A program made the position numbers and the translations under genes. DNA of 64,000 nt. Origin: Candidatus Omnitrophota bacterium. GTDB taxonomy: Bacteria; Omnitrophota; Gorgyraeia; Zapsychrales; Zapsychraceae. The notes under the pieces are model-generated. The model worked only from the letters and a program-made list of their open reading frames with translations. It did not search any database and was not told the origin of the DNA. Positions 30,401-38,857 of this stretch are shown here, one piece after another. Every line of letters begins with the position of its first letter. Within the stretch, counting starts at the first letter, position 1. The stretch spans positions 3,848 through 67,847 of the forward strand of contig JADFXT010000006.1 of NCBI GenBank assembly GCA_015233405.1, written 5' to 3'.

Positions 30401-30946
30401 CTCCAACTTGCTCAACGCCTCTTTCTTCTTGGCCTTATAGCGTGTGATACCGGAGGCCTCGTCCAGGATAAACCGTCGGTCTTCCGGCTTGGAGCTTACG
30501 ACCAAGTCGACTTTGCCCTGCTGGATCATCGAATACGCTTCCGCGCCGATACCCGTTCCCATTAAAAGCTGCGTGATGTCTTTTAACCGCACGATCGTTT
30601 TATTAAGAAGATATTCACTTTCCCCGGAACGATATTGCCGACGAGTAATGATGACTTCCTCGTCGTCGGTTGGAAGCATTTTAGACTTATTATCAAAGGT
30701 CAGGCTCACTTCTGCCATCCCTAAAGGTGCTCGCTTGTCCGTTCCGTTAAAAATAATGTCTTCCCGAGATGACCCGCGAAGCTCTTTCATGCTTTGTTCG
30801 CCCAAGACCCAGCGGATAGAATCGAAGATATTACTTTTTCCGCAGCCATTTGGCCCGACGACAGCCGTGATGCCGGGCTCAAAATTCAAAACGGTCTTTT
30901 CTGCGAACGATTTAAATCCGAATATCTCGAGCTTTTTAAAATACAT
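27464..30946 (-). CDS. smc: Chromosome partition protein Smc
   Basis: Walker A GPNGCGKSN, long coiled coils, hinge, LSGGEK signature, Walker B CVLDEIDAALD. Confidence 0.95.
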   Translation of the reverse strand: MYFKKLEIFGFKSFAEKTVLNFEPGITAVVGPNGCGKSNIFDSIRWVLGEQSMKELRGSSREDIIFNGTDKRAPLGMAEVSLTFDNKSKMLPTDDEEVIITRRQYRSGESEYLLNKTIVRLKDITQLLMGTGIGAEAYSMIQQGKVDLVVSSKPEDRRFILDEASGITRYKAKKKEALSKLEDAENNLLRINDIITEIRRQIGSIERQADKARKYKVEFEKLKKLELRVAKYHLDGFSQKKDSLVSEMDGLKEKETLLDQQIELLSQALTDQINLVGELDQKINEIKSEEIKIDGQINVNNGQIAFNEERVDNIRRNDIRLKEQKQQLIDRCRGHQQRIEELKESLISVEKSIVSNEENLIKRREALAVIEETIDHAKKCIRESEEKTFGLTAEQVNLRNDLTDIMKEMQGALARKRRLEMENEKVESEKHQVDEKLRTMEDKLSSTRVVLGELELEKQNKDQQIEELQSQLESLKQSIDTLEKKKLFLISQKDFIEKMHVQYQDMPDPVVEGRFITQVPPLGHHTGIIGKVKNVRLLNPERLESLKANLSVDDPQYIQVQQLYEIICETKFIELDPQQISQKIDEINQEIGQLEFQKNNLLERIKEEQKIQVRLEEECQSKEKEYSILEAQRKDILEEISKLINELELVSSEFVEVREHLMEAKKKEEAANALLDSINQEIAFCQGAVKESQFHIEEQLKARQETTIAIAQLEAEIQSDKDKLKSQKANLVMFIDSLDNDLGEIKKIDDEIVAQQAKEEDYQREIENIKQRIEELNRNRQSLEAVLRDYEIQKGYVGQKINTARDNMNCLQDELDDIQKNKHSQELNDQKISFEMQSIKARLLQTYKIDFDKVLYKVQHPEEALKEETIDSSMALAPLELMDSSDVFYKPNVFKQDDRQSRLAQYDSMIPRKKTKEEPEDYSFLLETEELDWSQVSVDVEKMKKRCDSYGSVNLVAIEEYEALKERFEFLTKQQSDLLEAKSQLMATINKINRSTRQMFLDTFTKVGEEFRIYFRMLFGGGEAQLVLLDPENVLESGIDIVARPPGKKLQSISLMSGGEKTLTAIALVFGVFKVNPSPFCVLDEIDAALDESNVGRFGFLLKDFAKIAQFIVITHNKKTIANSDVMYGITMPETGVSRIVSVKFKEREVVQEEAVAAGV

Positions 30947-30986
30947 AAGGTCTCCTCTTTAGCGTCTCCAAGCAGGTCTTTAAGGA

Positions 30987-31244
30987 TTATTTTTTATTCT
31001 TTTTCAAAATGTCTTTAACAATTCTTACTGTTTCATTTAAGGTCACGAATTTCCCGAGATTTTCTTCCGGGATCGTGATGCGGTATTTCTTCTCAATCGC
31101 CGCTAAAATCTCCAAAGCCATCATGGAATCCATCCCCAGGTCCTTAACAAAATTTGCGTCGAAATCAATCTTTTTTGGTTCTTCTTCTAAAACTTCTGCG
31201 ACCAAATCTAAAATATCTTTTTCCACGTCTATTGTAGCGACCAT
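30987..31244 (-). CDS. Acyl carrier protein-like (phosphopantetheine-binding)
   Basis: DLGMDSMMALE with the Ser attachment motif; 85 aa; AAGGAGG RBS. Confidence 0.75.
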   Translation of the reverse strand: MVATIDVEKDILDLVAEVLEEEPKKIDFDANFVKDLGMDSMMALEILAAIEKKYRITIPEENLGKFVTLNETVRIVKDILKKNKK

Positions 31245-31254
31245 CTATTCCTCC

Positions 31255-31428
31255 TTATTCTTGATGACTTTCTAACCAAGCATCAATTTTTTCTTTTTTA
31301 AATCTCCATTGGCCTACCGCTTTAATGGCAGGGATTCTTCTGTTCTTTACCCATTCATAGATAGTTCGCCTCTTTACTCTTAAATAATGGGCGACCTCTT
31401 CTATCGTCATTAATTCTTGAACTTCCAT
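31255..31428 (-). CDS. Small helix-turn-helix protein (excisionase/MerR-like HTH), 57 aa
   Basis: Below the ORF-track size cutoff. Hand translation: MEVQELMTIEEVAHYLRVKRRTIYEWVKNRRIPAIKAVGQWRFKKEKIDAWLESHQE. Confidence 0.6.
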   Translation of the reverse strand: MEVQELMTIEEVAHYLRVKRRTIYEWVKNRRIPAIKAVGQWRFKKEKIDAWLESHQE

Positions 31429-31749
31429 TAAAATTTCTCTTTTCCTTATTATTTATACGGCGAGGCATTGATCTTCATTTACCACTTTATTATGTTATCT
31501 ACTCAATGTCAACTATTTTTTATATTTTTTTTTGTTTAAGACATTAACAATCATTAATGAGTCGTATTAATCGTTAATAGTCTTTATTATTCATAAAGCA
31601 TTAATTTATATGCATAAAAATCTATTTTAATACTTTTTATTTATTTGTCTTCTTTAACATTACATATATTAACATATATATGCAGAATAAGACATAAAAA
31701 AATACAAAAAAATTAATGTTTTTCTAAGGTTATTTTTATTTAGGAAGGA

Positions 31750-32946
31750 TTAACGATTTAATGCTTCTTTGAACTTGCGGGTCAATAGAGGAACAACTTG
31801 AAAGAGATCTCCGACGATGCCATAGGTGGCGACAGTAAAGATCGGAGCGCTAGGGTCTTGATTGATGGCGATAATAATGTCGGATGATTGCATACCGACG
31901 AGATGTTGGATCTGTCCGGAAATTCCGCAGGCGATATAAATTTTAGGGCACACCGTTTTACCGGTTTGTCCGACTTGATGAGAATATGGCATCCATCCGC
32001 TGTCGACGGCCGCGCGCGAAGATCCGACGGCGCCGCCTAAAACTTTTGCCAGCTCCTCGAGAAGCGCAAAATTTTCCGGCCCCTTCATGCCTCGTCCGCC
32101 GGAGACAATAATATCTGCCTCGGCGATATTGGCTGTTGAGGTTATTTCCTCGACGACATCCAAAAGTTTTGTGCGGGACTTCAGAAGGACTTTCGGGATC
32201 ACCTCTTCGATGATTTTCCCTTTACGATTCGGATTCACAACGGCTTCTTTGAAAACTTTATGACGGACGGTGGACATTTGCGGACGATGATTTTTACTAA
32301 GGATCGTCGCCATAATATTTCCACCGAACGCCGGCCGAGTTTGCAAAAGAAATCTTTCTTTTGTGTCAACATCCAAACCCGTACAATCCGCGGTCAATCC
32401 TGTATGGATCTTGACGGCAACGCGTGAAATCAGAGAACGGCCGATGACTGTTGCACCGCATAAAAATATTTCCGGACGATATTTGCGGATCAAATTAACA
32501 AGCACGTTCGTATAAGGCTCGTCGAGAAAATGTTCCAATTCCGGCGCATCCACGACATAAACATTATCCGCCCCACGAAAAATAAGTTCCTGGCATTTGC
32601 CTTTAACATTATGCCCGAGGATAACGCACGAAAGCTCAACGCCAAGTTTGTCGGCGAGCTCACGGCCTTTTCCTAAAAGTTCATAAACAACCGGTTGAAC
32701 CGCTCCGCGCTTCTGTTCGCCAAAAACCCATACGCCTTTGTAAGCCTCGAGGTTCGGGGTTCGAGACGCTTCGCGCTTGATCTCAATCGCTTTAAAATTA
32801 CATGAATCCTGGCACGCTCCGCATAAAGTGCATTTGTCCAAATCAATCACTGCTTTTTTATTGGACATGGACAGCGCAGAAAAAGGACACACCTTAAGGC
32901 AAATGGTGCAGCCGGTACATTTATCATTGTTAATTTGTATACTCAT
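31750..32946 (-). CDS. etfA: Electron transfer flavoprotein alpha subunit with N-terminal 2x[4Fe-4S] ferredoxin domain
   Basis: CTGCTICLKVCP and CTLCGACQDSC clusters, followed by an EtfA core (IACGISGQIQHLVGM). Confidence 0.9.
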   Translation of the reverse strand: MSIQINNDKCTGCTICLKVCPFSALSMSNKKAVIDLDKCTLCGACQDSCNFKAIEIKREASRTPNLEAYKGVWVFGEQKRGAVQPVVYELLGKGRELADKLGVELSCVILGHNVKGKCQELIFRGADNVYVVDAPELEHFLDEPYTNVLVNLIRKYRPEIFLCGATVIGRSLISRVAVKIHTGLTADCTGLDVDTKERFLLQTRPAFGGNIMATILSKNHRPQMSTVRHKVFKEAVVNPNRKGKIIEEVIPKVLLKSRTKLLDVVEEITSTANIAEADIIVSGGRGMKGPENFALLEELAKVLGGAVGSSRAAVDSGWMPYSHQVGQTGKTVCPKIYIACGISGQIQHLVGMQSSDIIIAINQDPSAPIFTVATYGIVGDLFQVVPLLTRKFKEALNR

Positions 32947-32949
32947 ATT

Positions 32950-33732
32950 TTATCCGATATGATTCTTTAATAAATCCACTAGGTTAGTTGCAGACTCTTC
33001 CGGGTCGCCTTCAAACATCTGCCCTTTAGGACGAGGAGGCGGTGTAAAAATCTTTGAAACCCACGTCGGTGATCCCGTTAATCCCAAACGGTTTTCTTCG
33101 ATATCCAAATCGATGGCCTTCCATGCCAGGATAACGGCCTTCTTCGCGGCCATACGCCCTTTAAGGGAAGGAATCCTCGGCTCATTGATCTCTTTAACGA
33201 CCGTGATCAAACAAGGCATGCTGGTCTCGACGATCTCAAAACCTTCTTCCGTCATGCGCTCAATCTTCGCCTTGCCGTTTGCGATCTCTTCGATCTTTTT
33301 TACGTACGTCACCTGAGGAATATCAAGCTGGGTCGCGATACCGGGACCAACTTGTGCTGTATCTCCGTCGGAAGCTTGCTTCCCGCAGATGATCATGTCG
33401 ACATCTTTAATTTTATTGATTGCCCGCGCCAAAGTATAACCGGTCGCCAGCGTATCAGAACCGGCGAACGCGCGGTCGCTGACCAAAACCCCTTCATCAC
33501 AGCCCATGGAAATGGATTCACGTAAAACAGCTTCCGCCTGAGGCGGGCCCATGGTGATGACAGTCACCTTGCCGCCAAATCGCTCCTTTAAACGCACGCC
33601 TTCTTCGATCGCGTACACGTCGAAAGGATTGATGATGGACTGAACGCCTTCACGAATCAGCGTATTGGTCACAGGGTCAATTCTGACTTGGGTCGTATCT
33701 GGAACTTGTTTGATGCAGACAACGATATTCAT
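32950..33732 (-). CDS. etfB: Electron transfer flavoprotein beta subunit
   Basis: MNIVVCIKQVPDT start; 260 aa. Confidence 0.9.
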   Translation of the reverse strand: MNIVVCIKQVPDTTQVRIDPVTNTLIREGVQSIINPFDVYAIEEGVRLKERFGGKVTVITMGPPQAEAVLRESISMGCDEGVLVSDRAFAGSDTLATGYTLARAINKIKDVDMIICGKQASDGDTAQVGPGIATQLDIPQVTYVKKIEEIANGKAKIERMTEEGFEIVETSMPCLITVVKEINEPRIPSLKGRMAAKKAVILAWKAIDLDIEENRLGLTGSPTWVSKIFTPPPRPKGQMFEGDPEESATNLVDLLKNHIG

Positions 33733-33738
33733 AATTTT

Positions 33739-34896
33739 TTATACAACCCCTGATGATCGCTCTCGAATTAAATCGCGGGCGATAATATTTCTCTGGATTT
33801 GATTGGTGCCTTCGTAGATCTGGGTGATTTTGGCATCACGCATATATTTTTCCGCCGGATATTCCTTAATATAACCATACCCGCCGAAAATCTGAACGGC
33901 ATCGACGGTCACTCTCATCGCCATATCGGAGGCGAATAATTTAGCCATAGCGGATGAACGCGTCACATCTTTAACGCCAGCGTCGATTTGACGAGCTGCA
34001 GCATAGACCAAAGCACGAGCCGCTTCGATCTGTGTTGCCATATCGGCGAGCATGAACTGAATGCCCTGAAAACTGGAAATAGGCTTGCCGAATTGCACAC
34101 GCTGCTTGGCATATTCTAACGCTGCATCCAATGAACCCTGCGCAATACCGACTGCCTGAGCGCCAATTCCTGGACGAGACATATCAAACGTTCTCATCGC
34201 AATAATGAAACCTTGGCCTTCTTTGCCCAAAAGATTTTCTTTAGGGATTTTGCAATCTTGAAAGATCAGCTCACGAGTTGCAGAAGCACGGATCCCAAGC
34301 TTTTCTTCCTTTTTACCGAATGTAAATCCAGGAGTCCCTTTCTCGACGATAAACATGCTCGCCCCACGGGCTCCACGGGATTTGTCCGTCATCGCCACGA
34401 CGGTATAAATATCCGCTTCCCCGCCGTTGGTGATAAAACACTTTGTTCCGTTTAAAATATAATGGTCGCCTTCTTTCTTGGCGGTCGTTTGAGTCCCACC
34501 GGCATCTGACCCAGCACCGGGCTCTGTGATCCCAAATGCACACAACGTTCCCTTAGCTACTCTTGGAAGATATTTTGCTTTCTGTTCATCATTTCCAGCG
34601 ATCAAAATAGGATCGACGCCCAACGCGGTCCCGGCATATGCTAAAGCAATCCCTGCGCATCCACGGGAAAATTCCTCGGTCGCGATACACAAATCCAAGA
34701 TCCCGCCGCCCATACCGCCATATTGTTCGTCAATAAAAAGTCCGAACAAATCTGCATCGGCCATGACCTTTACAACGCTGTGAGGAAATTCCTCGGTCTT
34801 ATCTAATTCCGCCGCAACAGGCTTGATCTTTTCTTCCGTGATCTGACGGCAGAGGTCGCGAATCATGATCTGCTGCTCTGACAATAAATAATCCAT
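33739..34896 (-). CDS. Acyl-CoA dehydrogenase (butyryl-CoA dehydrogenase-like)
   Basis: GITEPGAGSD, IYEGTNQIQ, 385 aa, adjacent to etfBA. Confidence 0.9.
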   Translation of the reverse strand: MDYLLSEQQIMIRDLCRQITEEKIKPVAAELDKTEEFPHSVVKVMADADLFGLFIDEQYGGMGGGILDLCIATEEFSRGCAGIALAYAGTALGVDPILIAGNDEQKAKYLPRVAKGTLCAFGITEPGAGSDAGGTQTTAKKEGDHYILNGTKCFITNGGEADIYTVVAMTDKSRGARGASMFIVEKGTPGFTFGKKEEKLGIRASATRELIFQDCKIPKENLLGKEGQGFIIAMRTFDMSRPGIGAQAVGIAQGSLDAALEYAKQRVQFGKPISSFQGIQFMLADMATQIEAARALVYAAARQIDAGVKDVTRSSAMAKLFASDMAMRVTVDAVQIFGGYGYIKEYPAEKYMRDAKITQIYEGTNQIQRNIIARDLIRERSSGVV

Positions 34897-34994
34897 TCTT
34901 ATCCTCCTAAAGATAGTGAACTTCTTAAAACGTCCTTAAAAAACTTTTCCATAGTACCAAGCCTTTTAAAAAAAGGCAACATTTTTTTATAAAA

Positions 34995-36206
34995 TTATCT
35001 TGAAATAGAAGTTCGCTTCGGGACAATCACAATTCCGGATGTGGTGAGGACGAATCGCTCTCTATCTAATTCCAAGTTATAACCGATTTGACTATTTGCG
35101 GGGATGATGACTTCTTTGTCGATGATGGCATTTTTTATTTTTGCATTTTCTCCGATGGTCACGCTTTCCATGATCACAGAATCTTTTATTTCCGCGCCGC
35201 TCTTGACCTTGACCCCAGGAGACAAAATGGAATGGTCAATCAAAGCCCCTTCAATCACGCACCCGCCGGAGACCATGGAGTTGACCACATGCCCTGTCCC
35301 TTGAGTTGTATTCACAATTCGAATAGGCGGATAGGGTTCCTGATAGTTGCGCATCGGCCAGGCCCGGTCGTATAAATTAAAATCCGGCTTCTCTTTAAGC
35401 AAATCCATGTTCGACTGATAATACGCGTCCCGGGTCCCGATATCTCGCCAATAAAGCGGGCTGCCTTTCTCGTCCATAAAATTATAGGTGTAAATATTAC
35501 AATTTTTTTTGACCATTTGAGGGATCACGTTCCTGCCGAAATCATGTTGAGAAAAAGCTTTTTGATTGTCGATCTCAAGCTCGCGAACAAGCACGTCTTT
35601 ATTAAACACATAAATTCCCATCGACGCCAAAACTCTCGTCGGATTACCGGGAATGGTCTTCGGCTCCTGAGGCTTTTCTTGAAAGCCCAGAACACGATTT
35701 TGTGCGTCCACTTCAATAACGCCAAAATCCTTGGCCGTTTCCTTCGGCATCGGCACGCAGGCGACAGTTAAATCCGCGTTCTTTTCCTTATGATAGGCGA
35801 TCATCTTTTCATAGTTCATTTTATAAACGTGGTCGCCGGCCAAGATAAGGATTTGTTTGGGATCTAAGTCCTGGAAGGTATAAATATTTTGATAGATCGC
35901 ATCTGCGGTTCCGCGGTACCAATCATCACTAATACGCTGCTGGGCAGGAACAACATCGATAAATTCCCCGAGCTGAGAGGAAACCACGTCCCAACCGCCT
36001 AAGATATGTTTTTGGAGAGAAAACGATTTATATTGGGTAAGAACAAAAATCCGTCTTAATCCGGAATTAACGCAGTTACTTAAGGTAAAGTCGATAATAC
36101 GATAAACCCCGCCAAAAGGGACCGCTGGCTTGGTCCTATCACGGGTCAGGGGATCCAACCGCTCGCCCCTTCCACCTGCTAAAATAAATGTTAATACGTC
36201 TCTCAT
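34995..36206 (-). CDS. glgC: Glucose-1-phosphate adenylyltransferase
   Basis: ILAGGRGERLDPLTRDRTKPAVPFGG N-terminus, followed by a left-handed beta-helix C-terminus. Confidence 0.9.
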   Translation of the reverse strand: MRDVLTFILAGGRGERLDPLTRDRTKPAVPFGGVYRIIDFTLSNCVNSGLRRIFVLTQYKSFSLQKHILGGWDVVSSQLGEFIDVVPAQQRISDDWYRGTADAIYQNIYTFQDLDPKQILILAGDHVYKMNYEKMIAYHKEKNADLTVACVPMPKETAKDFGVIEVDAQNRVLGFQEKPQEPKTIPGNPTRVLASMGIYVFNKDVLVRELEIDNQKAFSQHDFGRNVIPQMVKKNCNIYTYNFMDEKGSPLYWRDIGTRDAYYQSNMDLLKEKPDFNLYDRAWPMRNYQEPYPPIRIVNTTQGTGHVVNSMVSGGCVIEGALIDHSILSPGVKVKSGAEIKDSVIMESVTIGENAKIKNAIIDKEVIIPANSQIGYNLELDRERFVLTTSGIVIVPKRTSISR

Positions 36207-36509
36207 ATGATTATAATATTTTAATTAATGAAAATATATTATAGTTAGATTAAAAATTTTTGCAACTACTTTGTTTCCCTACACTTTTGGCTATAAAGAA
36301 GATTTCTTCTTATATTATTAAAAACCACCTTCATTTGACAACATTTCACTAAATAATGATTTTTCTCTAAAAACTATCAAGTTTAGCGTTTTCTTATGAA
36401 AAATCCATATTTTATTAAAGTGTATCAATTTATCTAATAAACAATATATTAAAACATATAAATCCCACAAAATCAAACAAAATGCAAATAATTACGTTAA
36501 TATTTCCCA

Positions 36510-38786
36510 CTAATTTGAATTTTCGGCATCAGAACACACATCGTTGCATGTCTTATTTTCTTTAAAAATCATGTATTTTTTATCAAAATCTGCTTTTAAA
36601 ACACTTTTACTCTGTTTGTTCTTTGATTCAACCGATAAAATATAGCTATAAAGCTCTTTTCCTCTTGAATAAGCCCCTTGCCGGCACATAAGATCCACTA
36701 AGGCCAGGATATCTTTATACGATCTTGTCTTTTTAGGATAAATTTGCTTTAAAACCTCCAAAGCCTTATCATATTGCTTATTTTTAATATATGCCTTAGC
36801 CAGAAAGAAAAACCCCTTCATATCATCCGACCAGAATCTGGTGAGCTTTTTATACTGGTCTATGGCATAAGGATACTGTCCCAAATCGAGATAAGCCAAA
36901 GCAAGATTAAACCGCCCCTCTTTATCGCTTGGCACCATCGCGGAAGCAATGCGGAAATATTCAAAAGCCTGCTGATATTGCTTCTTTTGCGCGTAGATCT
37001 TCCCTAATAATTCATAAGACTGGAAATAATTAGGCGATATTTTAAGCCCATCTTTTAGTTCCAGCAGAGCTTGATCATTTAGCCCCAGAGATTCAAGCGT
37101 AAACGCCCTGTCATAATTCTGAAACGGCAAGGTCGCCTGTTCCCCGATTCTAAACAAGTCCACCTTAGGAGGCTGCCATTTTGTTAAATCTATGCGGAAT
37201 TTATCAATCCATGCTTTATTTTGAGGGATATTTTTCAAGAAAATCGCCCCGTCGTCACCGAAATACACCAGCGTCCAATCTTTACTCTTATAAATATATT
37301 TTAAAATATTTTTAGGAATATGCTGCCGGGCAGAATTCATCAGCGCGCCCGTTAAATGATATTTTGAAACAGCCTTTTCAAACAACTGGACGTTGCCGTC
37401 CTTCCACATCTTATTGTATTGCAGGAAGAACTTGCCTCCATAAACCTCTGTTCTTCCGTCGATAAAAACCCGTATGTTCGGATAAACATTGCCGAGCAAA
37501 TACGCTCCGGAATTAAAGTCATTAAAAAAATTACCTTTAATATTGTTCTTTTTTAAGAACACAACTGCTTTATGCGGAAACCCTTGTGTTGTGACTCCGC
37601 CGCCGAACTCCGCTTTTCTTTCATAGGTGTCGAGGTCATAATAATATTTGGAAACCATGGCTTGGCCATAGCGAAACAACCCCGCCGCAAAAATCAAATG
37701 AAGCATGATCAATGTAATATATTTAAATTTCTCGTCGGAAAATCTGAGCGGCACAACCTGGCTGGCATTGATATTGAGCAGATTGGTAATGGACACAAGA
37801 TAGGCGGTAAAAGCAAAGAAGGGAATATTACGAATAGCAATTAAAGAGAAGGCGAGAAAAATAATCCAAAGCAGCAGCGCGCTGATATCAATATTGCGCC
37901 GGTTAAAAATAAAGGTCAAGAAAGACAAAAAGATGGAAAGCTTGAAATATCCCATCTGCCCGGAATCCCAAAGTGTTGCCATTGTCACGGGACGCTGCAA
38001 TTCCTGGATATATTGGAAAAAGATCTTGTTCTCGCCCGACAATGAGAAAAAGACGCGCAAAGGATACAAGGCGCCTTCCACGACCGAAGGATTAAAGAAG
38101 CAGGCAAAAATGACAATAATAAGGATCTTCTTTAACCGCCCATATTCTTCATCCGTCAACCGTCCCGCCGAGTCCCATTCATAAGGAAGCGGCACATGTC
38201 TTTTCATCCATTCGGAGAAAATTCCGATCAACACAAACAACGGGCCAAAAAAGAAGAATCCGTGCATATTGGTCCACAAAACCTGGACGAAAAATAAAAC
38301 ACCCAGCGACCATTTCTTATCGATGTGCAGCGCCAGGATAAAAATATAAACGGCAAAAAATAAAAGGCTGAAAAGGTCCGGCCTTAACGTAAAGCGGTAT
38401 TGATAGACCATAAAAACAATGATCAAAAAGAAGTTGGTCAAAAGCAACCGGTTCTTATTATAACCGATCAATAAAAGGAAAAACATCGTCAAGGAAACCA
38501 AGACGATCTGCATCCTTAATAATCCGTCCGCGCCTAAATCCTTATAAATATTATACGCCAAGACCTGAAAGAGCCACTCATGATTGATCCAAGGCTTTCC
38601 GGTAATCGTGCACGAAAGAACATCAAAATCAGGGACAAAATGATGCAAGGTAATGAATTTTCCCATGGCCAGATGGAGCCATAAGTCGAGGTCCTTGACT
38701 TCCAAATTGGCCGCACAGACCAAGACCCCGAATAAAATGACCAGAGGAAAAAGCCCAAAAAAATAATTCAATCTTTTCCAAAGCAT
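36510..38786 (-). CDS. Polytopic membrane protein with C-terminal TPR repeats (GT-C-like architecture; function unproven)
   Basis: About 11 hydrophobic segments. KDLDLWLH follows TM1 directly, and VLWTNMHGFFFFGP is conserved. The last ~200 aa are TPR-like. It is a paralog of 38858..41059. Confidence 0.6.
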   Translation of the reverse strand: MLWKRLNYFFGLFPLVILFGVLVCAANLEVKDLDLWLHLAMGKFITLHHFVPDFDVLSCTITGKPWINHEWLFQVLAYNIYKDLGADGLLRMQIVLVSLTMFFLLLIGYNKNRLLLTNFFLIIVFMVYQYRFTLRPDLFSLLFFAVYIFILALHIDKKWSLGVLFFVQVLWTNMHGFFFFGPLFVLIGIFSEWMKRHVPLPYEWDSAGRLTDEEYGRLKKILIIVIFACFFNPSVVEGALYPLRVFFSLSGENKIFFQYIQELQRPVTMATLWDSGQMGYFKLSIFLSFLTFIFNRRNIDISALLLWIIFLAFSLIAIRNIPFFAFTAYLVSITNLLNINASQVVPLRFSDEKFKYITLIMLHLIFAAGLFRYGQAMVSKYYYDLDTYERKAEFGGGVTTQGFPHKAVVFLKKNNIKGNFFNDFNSGAYLLGNVYPNIRVFIDGRTEVYGGKFFLQYNKMWKDGNVQLFEKAVSKYHLTGALMNSARQHIPKNILKYIYKSKDWTLVYFGDDGAIFLKNIPQNKAWIDKFRIDLTKWQPPKVDLFRIGEQATLPFQNYDRAFTLESLGLNDQALLELKDGLKISPNYFQSYELLGKIYAQKKQYQQAFEYFRIASAMVPSDKEGRFNLALAYLDLGQYPYAIDQYKKLTRFWSDDMKGFFFLAKAYIKNKQYDKALEVLKQIYPKKTRSYKDILALVDLMCRQGAYSRGKELYSYILSVESKNKQSKSVLKADFDKKYMIFKENKTCNDVCSDAENSN

Positions 38787-38857
38787 TTTAAAATCCCTTT
38801 CTTATGATCGGAAGGAAAACGACTTCCATAAGTATAGCATTTATTCCGAATCCGGGT

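Noticed and set aside
27516-30962. Plus-strand ORFs antisense to smc, and similar antisense ORFs within rpoD, the aromatic-pathway genes, lepA, paralogs B/C and the TPR genes
   Set aside because: They are mirror-frame ORFs inside strongly supported minus-strand genes. They are low-complexity and have no motifs.
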